DNA of 32,000 bases. Origin: Halomicronema hongdechloris C2206. GTDB taxonomy: Bacteria; Cyanobacteriota; Cyanobacteriia; Phormidesmidales; Phormidesmidaceae. Positions 26,635-32,000 of this stretch are shown here, piece after piece. The notes beneath the pieces were generated by a model. It had not been told where the DNA came from. It saw nothing but the letters and a program-made list of their open reading frames with translations, and made no database searches. Every line of letters starts with the position of its first letter. Position 1 is the stretch's first letter. Position numbers and translations under genes: made by a program. The DNA lies in assembly GCF_002075285.3 (NCBI RefSeq), contig NZ_CP021983.2, positions 3,420,001 to 3,452,000 on the forward strand, in the 5' to 3' direction.

Positions 26635-29600
26635 TTACCCCATGACCCGAATCGTCACAGTCACCTGAGTGCCATTGTCATCCGTCACCTGAATCGTATC
26701 AACCCCAGGCGTCGTCCCCGCCGTGTAGCGACCGCTGCTGTCGATGCTGCTGCCCTCAGACTCCCGATTGACAATGCTAAAGTCAAACGGACTCACCCCA
26801 CTTTGAACCGTAACGTTGGCCGTTGCCCCAGCCGCAACCTGAACCGGATTAATCGCAGCCGTCATCGGACGCACCATCACCTGCACCCTGGCCCGTCCTC
26901 CGTCACCATCCCGGTCAGTAATCGTGATCGTGTCCGCAACCTGAGCATTTTCACTGCCAGCGGTATAGCGCCCCGTCTCGTCGACTTCTGGTCCACTCGA
27001 ATTGGGCACGCTGACGACATAGCGATAGGGCGGTACCCCTCCCGTCACCGTAATTTGCGCCGTTCCACCACCATTCACCGTGGCGGGATTAATTACCGCA
27101 GTAATCGGCTTAACCTTGATGTCAAAGGGATAGTCTTTGCAGCCATAGTCGAAGGTAATGGTTTCGATTTCATCTGCTGCAATGGGGCCTTTGCCGGCGA
27201 TGAATTGCAGTTCTGACCGGTTAAATTGACTGCCTGGAATTTTAGTCACCAATGGACTTCCCGTCCCCACCGAAACCGTCGCACTATCAGGCAAATGATC
27301 GATCGTGAACGTGACTACGCCACCCACAAAGATTTCCTGCGTATCGGGAGTAATAGTCGGTTCATCAACGGTGATTTGAATCTCTTTCACCAAATAGTCC
27401 CGGGGGTTAGGGCCACTGGTGGTTAAGCCGTTGTCACCATAGGTTGAAAACACCGCCAGGCTGGCATCATATCTCGCAATCAACTCCAAAGTGTCCGTTC
27501 CCGCGGTGTCGCCAGCCGTGTACGTCAACCCGTTGACGCTACCGCCAGAGGCCAATACCCCCCCCTTAGCTTGGAGATGATAGCTTGCTTTTTCATCCCC
27601 TTTGAGTTTGATCGTTTGGCGCTGGCACACAAAGACCGCAGTCTCTGCGTCAACTTCAATAGCTTTAACCGTAATGTCTACCGTTTCACTCGTGGGCGGG
27701 GTACTGAAGCTGCCTTCTCCTTTCACCGTAAATGTTCCCGGCGTCAGGGAATGGAAGTAGAATGCTGAACCATTGATCACCTGAACGGGGGGAGTATTGT
27801 TTCGGTCAAGATTAATGCTATGGGGCAACTGATTCGGAGCGAGGGTGCCTGGCACCATTCCTGCTCCAGTCGGAACATTGTTGACCGCTGGGGTGATGCT
27901 GAAATCCACCGTAATTGGGGTGAAGGGAGGGCCACCCGTGGCTGGGTTAGGTGCAAAGACCACGTCAGCCCCAGTTACGCGGGTAAATTCGCCCACATAG
28001 ATCTCTGTTTTCTCGGCTTCTACCACCGTCTTATAGACATTGCCAGATTGGGCGCCGGCATTGCGCTCCAGCGCAGAATTAGTCTGTCCGCCGTTGATCA
28101 CCATGTCCCATTCATACACCCCCACACCGGGTACCCAATTATTCAGATCCCAGGCGTTGGAGATAATGGCAACCCACTTGTAGGGCAAGACACTAGACCA
28201 CCAGGTGGAAGGATTCACCCAGTTTTGTACGTCATCCGGGTCCACGTTGCCGCCACTCACCGCCCAGAGTAAGCCCCCGATCAACCAGGTGAGTCCGCCG
28301 ATGCTAATCTTTTCCCACCACTTATCCCCTTCGCTCAGATCCTCTTCTTGAATTAAGCGGACAATCAGGGGAACCGGCAGGGCATGGAAGAGCGGTCCCA
28401 ACAGCGCGTACTGGAACACATGCTGCATTTCGTGGCTATAGAGCGCTTCTGGGCGGTTGAGTTGCACGTCGGGAGCCTTGGGCACGATGTAGCGAGAGTC
28501 GGTGTCGGCTTCATTGCCACTGTCTTCACTGCTTTCGATGTAGACGATGTTGCCCATCGTGTAGGCTCGCCAAACAAAGAAGCTGCCGTTGAGCATCGTC
28601 CACGGCACGCCCTGCCGGGCTGAAGCGGTGAAGTTGATCCAGAAATGGGCCCGCTCATCAGCATCAAAGGGATTGGCAGGATTAAGACGCCCCCAGGGAT
28701 ACCACTTACGGTCAAAATCGAGGCGAAAGAGGGATTCAAAAAACCAGGGAATCCAGCCGATAATTTCCATCAGCAGGTTACCAATGACCAGAATTAGTCC
28801 GATGGTCGTGTTCGGTAGGGCCCAAGTAAGGGAACTGGGAATCGTCAGGAAAAACCACCAGGCACTGTGACCGTCTAGGTCGAGGTTGTTAATCGGGTCG
28901 TTTAGGCAGAAAACGTAGCGGTTTTGGCTGTCGGTTTGTTGCAACCAGTCTTGCAGCGCAGTGGACCGCGGTTTGCGATCGCCCCAAAAGTCTCGCTCCG
29001 GTTGAAACAACAGTCGCCAGTCATCGGCGCCAAAGGTATAGCTGTCGGGGGTGAGAAATCGACCCGTGGCCGGATCATAGTCCCGACTACCAAAGTCGTA
29101 GAAGCCAGTCACCACATCCAGCGGTTTACGGGCAAACAATGGGCTGCCCGTCGTGCCAAAGGGGGAGGGGTTGCCTTGCCAGGTGACTTGTCTCGTTTCG
29201 TTCGTAACTAACCAGACCGAACCCAAGTGGTCGGTGCCATAGAAGTCCACGGCAGTCTCTCCCACGGGGCCGCGAATGCATCCCAGACATTGCACCCCAA
29301 CCCAGAGATAGGTGGCGGTGACTCGACCCTGGGCATCGGTTTCGGCCAGCAGTTGATCGTTGCAGTCGTAGTGAAACAGCGTGATTTGGTCACCCATTTG
29401 CCGTTTGACCCGGCGGCCCAAACCGTCATAGGTGTAGTGAATCACTCGCCCATCTGGGAGCTGAACGGTGGTTAACTGCCCTTCCACATCGTAGGTGTAG
29501 CGGCTGAGTTGGTTTCCCTGGCGACGAGCGATGCAGTTGCCGTCTAGGTCGTAGTCAAAGTCAACTCGATTGCCCTCAGGGGAGGTCACTTGCAGGAGGC

Positions 29601-30564
29601 GATCGCCCCCTCCTGTCCCCACGTCATAGCAATAGCGAGTTACTCCGGTGTGATCTGCAACGGTTCTGCGGTTACCGTGGGCATCGTAGGTGTAGCGGGT
29701 AACCTGTCCAAGCGAATCTTGCCAGGTGGTCAACCGTCCTTCACCGTCGTAACCAAAACGTTGTGGCCCGATTTGCTCAATTTGCAGATCCCGGTAGATA
29801 TAGGGCCAATCTACTAGGAGTGTTCCCTCAGAAGTTTGGATAACGATCCGGGCGGGTTTGCCTTGGTCGTCTAGCAATCGCTGTCGGACGATGCCATTGG
29901 CAAAGCGCCAGGTTTGACCCGAGAGGGTGGCATAGGGGGTGCCGTGCTCGGTTTGGACGTGTAGCGTCTGGGTTGGTGAGTCGGGGTTGACCTCATAGCG
30001 GTAGTGCAACCATTGGTCTGATCCGGCAGGTCGTAGTCCGATACAACGTCCGGCGTCATCGTAGCGGTAGTCGCTTTGAAACGTTACGCCGTCGATGGTC
30101 TGTTGGATGGTACTGACCCGCTGCTGCGGATCGAACTGAACCACGGTGACACAGGTCGGGGTAGCAAAACACACCCAACCCAGTCCGAAATCAGTGATGG
30201 TGGTGTGTCCTCGGCGATCGCTGAGGCAACGCAACCGATTTTGAGCGTCGTAGCTGTAGTGCAGCACCCGTCCTGCTGCTGTCTGACGGCGAATCAGGTT
30301 ATCGCGGGCGTCGTAGGCAAAGGTCTGGTGGGTTCCATTGGGATAGTCTACGGCGATTAATCGTCCCCGATCGTCGTAGCGGTAGGTGGGGGAATCGGCA
30401 CGGTCATTCAACCCTTTCTGGGACGTTGCCGTTGACGATTGATCCGGGGTTAGCTGATGGGACTGAGCCCGGGTCGGCTGCGTCTGACCCGAGGGCGTCA
30501 CGGGGGACAAATTCATGCCCAGGACTGAAATGACTTTTTCCATCGAAGGTTCCCTCAGCAGCAT
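26635..30564 (-). CDS. RHS/YD-repeat protein with atypical C-terminal membrane / HExxH / Ig-like extension
   Basis: About 11 YD repeats (YRYDDRGRL, YSYDAQNRL, YTYDAHGNR, YTYDVEGQL, YTYDGLGRR...). RHS core elements 'GTDHLGSV', 'RDYDPATGRFLTPD', 'NRYVFCLNDPINNLDLDGH' (28867..28923). Then hydrophobic Trp-rich segments, 'HEMQH' (28420..28434) and repeated beta-rich Ig-like modules. Alternative start ATG 30543 has a GAGG 9 nt upstream. Confidence 0.9.
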   Translation of the reverse strand: MLLREPSMEKVISVLGMNLSPVTPSGQTQPTRAQSHQLTPDQSSTATSQKGLNDRADSPTYRYDDRGRLIAVDYPNGTHQTFAYDARDNLIRRQTAAGRVLHYSYDAQNRLRCLSDRRGHTTITDFGLGWVCFATPTCVTVVQFDPQQRVSTIQQTIDGVTFQSDYRYDDAGRCIGLRPAGSDQWLHYRYEVNPDSPTQTLHVQTEHGTPYATLSGQTWRFANGIVRQRLLDDQGKPARIVIQTSEGTLLVDWPYIYRDLQIEQIGPQRFGYDGEGRLTTWQDSLGQVTRYTYDAHGNRRTVADHTGVTRYCYDVGTGGGDRLLQVTSPEGNRVDFDYDLDGNCIARRQGNQLSRYTYDVEGQLTTVQLPDGRVIHYTYDGLGRRVKRQMGDQITLFHYDCNDQLLAETDAQGRVTATYLWVGVQCLGCIRGPVGETAVDFYGTDHLGSVWLVTNETRQVTWQGNPSPFGTTGSPLFARKPLDVVTGFYDFGSRDYDPATGRFLTPDSYTFGADDWRLLFQPERDFWGDRKPRSTALQDWLQQTDSQNRYVFCLNDPINNLDLDGHSAWWFFLTIPSSLTWALPNTTIGLILVIGNLLMEIIGWIPWFFESLFRLDFDRKWYPWGRLNPANPFDADERAHFWINFTASARQGVPWTMLNGSFFVWRAYTMGNIVYIESSEDSGNEADTDSRYIVPKAPDVQLNRPEALYSHEMQHVFQYALLGPLFHALPVPLIVRLIQEEDLSEGDKWWEKISIGGLTWLIGGLLWAVSGGNVDPDDVQNWVNPSTWWSSVLPYKWVAIISNAWDLNNWVPGVGVYEWDMVINGGQTNSALERNAGAQSGNVYKTVVEAEKTEIYVGEFTRVTGADVVFAPNPATGGPPFTPITVDFSITPAVNNVPTGAGMVPGTLAPNQLPHSINLDRNNTPPVQVINGSAFYFHSLTPGTFTVKGEGSFSTPPTSETVDITVKAIEVDAETAVFVCQRQTIKLKGDEKASYHLQAKGGVLASGGSVNGLTYTAGDTAGTDTLELIARYDASLAVFSTYGDNGLTTSGPNPRDYLVKEIQITVDEPTITPDTQEIFVGGVVTFTIDHLPDSATVSVGTGSPLVTKIPGSQFNRSELQFIAGKGPIAADEIETITFDYGCKDYPFDIKVKPITAVINPATVNGGGTAQITVTGGVPPYRYVVSVPNSSGPEVDETGRYTAGSENAQVADTITITDRDGDGGRARVQVMVRPMTAAINPVQVAAGATANVTVQSGVSPFDFSIVNRESEGSSIDSSGRYTAGTTPGVDTIQVTDDNGTQVTVTIRVMG

Positions 30565-30758
30565 CGGCAGTTGGAAAATAAGCTGAAATCGGGTTGTTCA
30601 GTCTCTGTGAACATTTGTAGATTCCCGTCTGCATGGGAATGACGGGTAAACGCCTGAATTTTTGTCAATTAAATAATCGGGTTTCATCGGATTAAAAATT
30701 GCGTTATTGGTATCAGAGCTGGGGGTCGGGGCCAAAGGTTAGAGCCTTTCCCGGTCGC

Positions 30759-32000
30759 CTAAGTTGGAGCCGCAGCCAGCATTTCAGACAAAGCCGTCTC
30801 GACATCCAACAATACCCGTTCCAGATCTTCCCGAATGTGCGCCACCAGCCGATCGAGTTGGTCGAGAATGTCTTGGGGGTCAAGGGTGGTGGCTAGGCGA
30901 ATCTGTTCAAAGGCATCATTGAGGGGCGCTTGTAGATTGAGCGGATTGAGCAGGTCGAGTGCCGATAGGATCTCGCCCCACTGCTCAGAAATGGTAGTTT
31001 GCAACCCCCTAAGACTGGTAATAATGCCGTCAATGATGTTCGTAAATCCCTGGGTTTTGCTGCTCAGGTCCAGTTCGGCCAGAAGGGTATCCGGATGGAG
31101 ACTGTCCAAAGCCGTCACCAACGGTGTGTACACGTCAGCCTCTAAATCGGCAATGATTCCCGCCGGATTGAGGGCTTCGAGCTGAGCCTTGAGCGGATTG
31201 TAGATTTCGCCAAAGGCTTGCTTCAGAAGCGTGGGTAAAAAGCCCGTGGTGTTGGCACTCAAGCGATCGAGAATGGGGGGTAACTCGGCCACAAAGACAT
31301 CGCCAAACTGGGCTGTTTTCACGGCAAATTGTTCGTACACTTGGTTGACTTCGTCCGCCAATCGTCCCGGATTGAGGATTTCAAGGTGGGCCTGAATATT
31401 CTCCAGACTTAGTGTTTCTTGCAGAAAAGGCGGAATCAGCCCGGTTAACTGTTCACTCAAAGGACCAAACGCAGCCGCCAATTTGCCCACATTCAAGCCA
31501 GTGGTCAGGCGTAGGGTGTTGCGATTGAGACTTTGGAATGTGGGGCGAAAGTCAGCCAGGGTCAAGTCTGGATTGAGGCTGGGAATTGTTCCGGCAATTT
31601 GGAAATAGTCGGTTTGCAAGGCGGCGGGCACTTGTACTATATCGATACTATCCAAAGCCAACAGCAGTTCCCCGTAGGCACTGTAAACATCGGCGACGAG
31701 ATCGAACCGTTGGGTAAAGTCAAAGCGGGCCAGTTGTTGTTGTAAATCCGAGGCAATTTGGGCGGAGAGATTGAGGGGAGCGATCGTCGCTAAAGCCTCC
31801 ACAAATTGGCCCTTTAGATGATTAAAAGCATCGACTAAGGTGGCTTCAGGAATTTGGGTTAAAGCTCCAACAACTTTGTTGTAAACATCTTCGACCGGAC
31901 GGAGAATATCCCCTGGCATAAATCCTAGGGTGTCATCTGCCGGGTCGGGCGTATCTGGGTCTAGATAAGTCTTCAGATCACCGGCACTGTTAAACCCATC
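30759..32000 (-). CDS. C-terminal part of a larger helical-repeat hypothetical protein (5' end outside the window)
   Basis: The frame stays open from 31919 to the window edge (hand translation ...DGFNSAGDLKTYLDPDTPDPADDTLGF-MPGDIL...). At least 7 copies of an (L/I)(N/H/D)P-xx-(L/I) motif spaced ~30-45 aa apart. No catalytic motif recognised. Confidence 0.75.
   Translation of the reverse strand, partial: DGFNSAGDLKTYLDPDTPDPADDTLGFMPGDILRPVEDVYNKVVGALTQIPEATLVDAFNHLKGQFVEALATIAPLNLSAQIASDLQQQLARFDFTQRFDLVADVYSAYGELLLALDSIDIVQVPAALQTDYFQIAGTIPSLNPDLTLADFRPTFQSLNRNTLRLTTGLNVGKLAAAFGPLSEQLTGLIPPFLQETLSLENIQAHLEILNPGRLADEVNQVYEQFAVKTAQFGDVFVAELPPILDRLSANTTGFLPTLLKQAFGEIYNPLKAQLEALNPAGIIADLEADVYTPLVTALDSLHPDTLLAELDLSSKTQGFTNIIDGIITSLRGLQTTISEQWGEILSALDLLNPLNLQAPLNDAFEQIRLATTLDPQDILDQLDRLVAHIREDLERVLLDVETALSEMLAAAPT

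Noticed and set aside
30404-30634. 76-aa ORF overlapping the RHS start in another frame.
   Set aside because: It overlaps the well-supported RHS frame and has a low-complexity translation with no independent support.
30621-30668. TTGACA (minus strand, 30663..30668), plus two mutually exclusive 6-bp hairpins (ATTCCC/GGGAAT versus CCCGTC/GACGGG) upstream of the RHS gene, as a promoter plus attenuator.
   Set aside because: No acceptable -10 hexamer lies at 16-19 nt from the TTGACA. The stems are short and could arise by chance. The transcription start is unknown.

Overview
This is a high-GC cyanobacterial chromosome segment. I counted 21 exact HIP1 octamers (GCGATCGC) by eye, and it also carries heptamer STRR-like tandem repeats and a ccmP-like carboxysome gene. 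Positions 1-22.4 kb are an ordinary core-gene neighbourhood: two convergent histidine-kinase-like genes, yqeY, murG, an NTF2-like secreted protein, a Uma2 endonuclease, purS-purQ, a Fur-family regulator, yraN, dnaG, a CNNM/CorC-type membrane protein, ccmP, tilS, a large secreted TPR-CHAT protein, minCDE plus a 2Fe-2S ferredoxin-like gene, a NarL-type response regulator and tRNA-Thr(UGU). Downstream of the tRNA (22.4-32 kb) the content becomes accessory and partly decayed. It holds an SH3b membrane protein, a micro-ORF behind an 18-bp palindrome, a nucleoside hydrolase, a TIMP/NTR-like secreted protein, a fused toxin-antitoxin-like remnant, and a chimeric pseudogene (TIMP-like leader fused in frame to a CHAT C-terminus). 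The most unusual element is a 1309-aa RHS/YD-repeat protein. Its post-core 'cargo' is a Trp-rich multi-pass membrane segment with a DUF4157-like HExxH motif followed by several Ig-like domains. It is preceded by a lower-GC, window-truncated helical-repeat ORF. All functional calls come from reading motifs and from memory of protein families; no searches were run.
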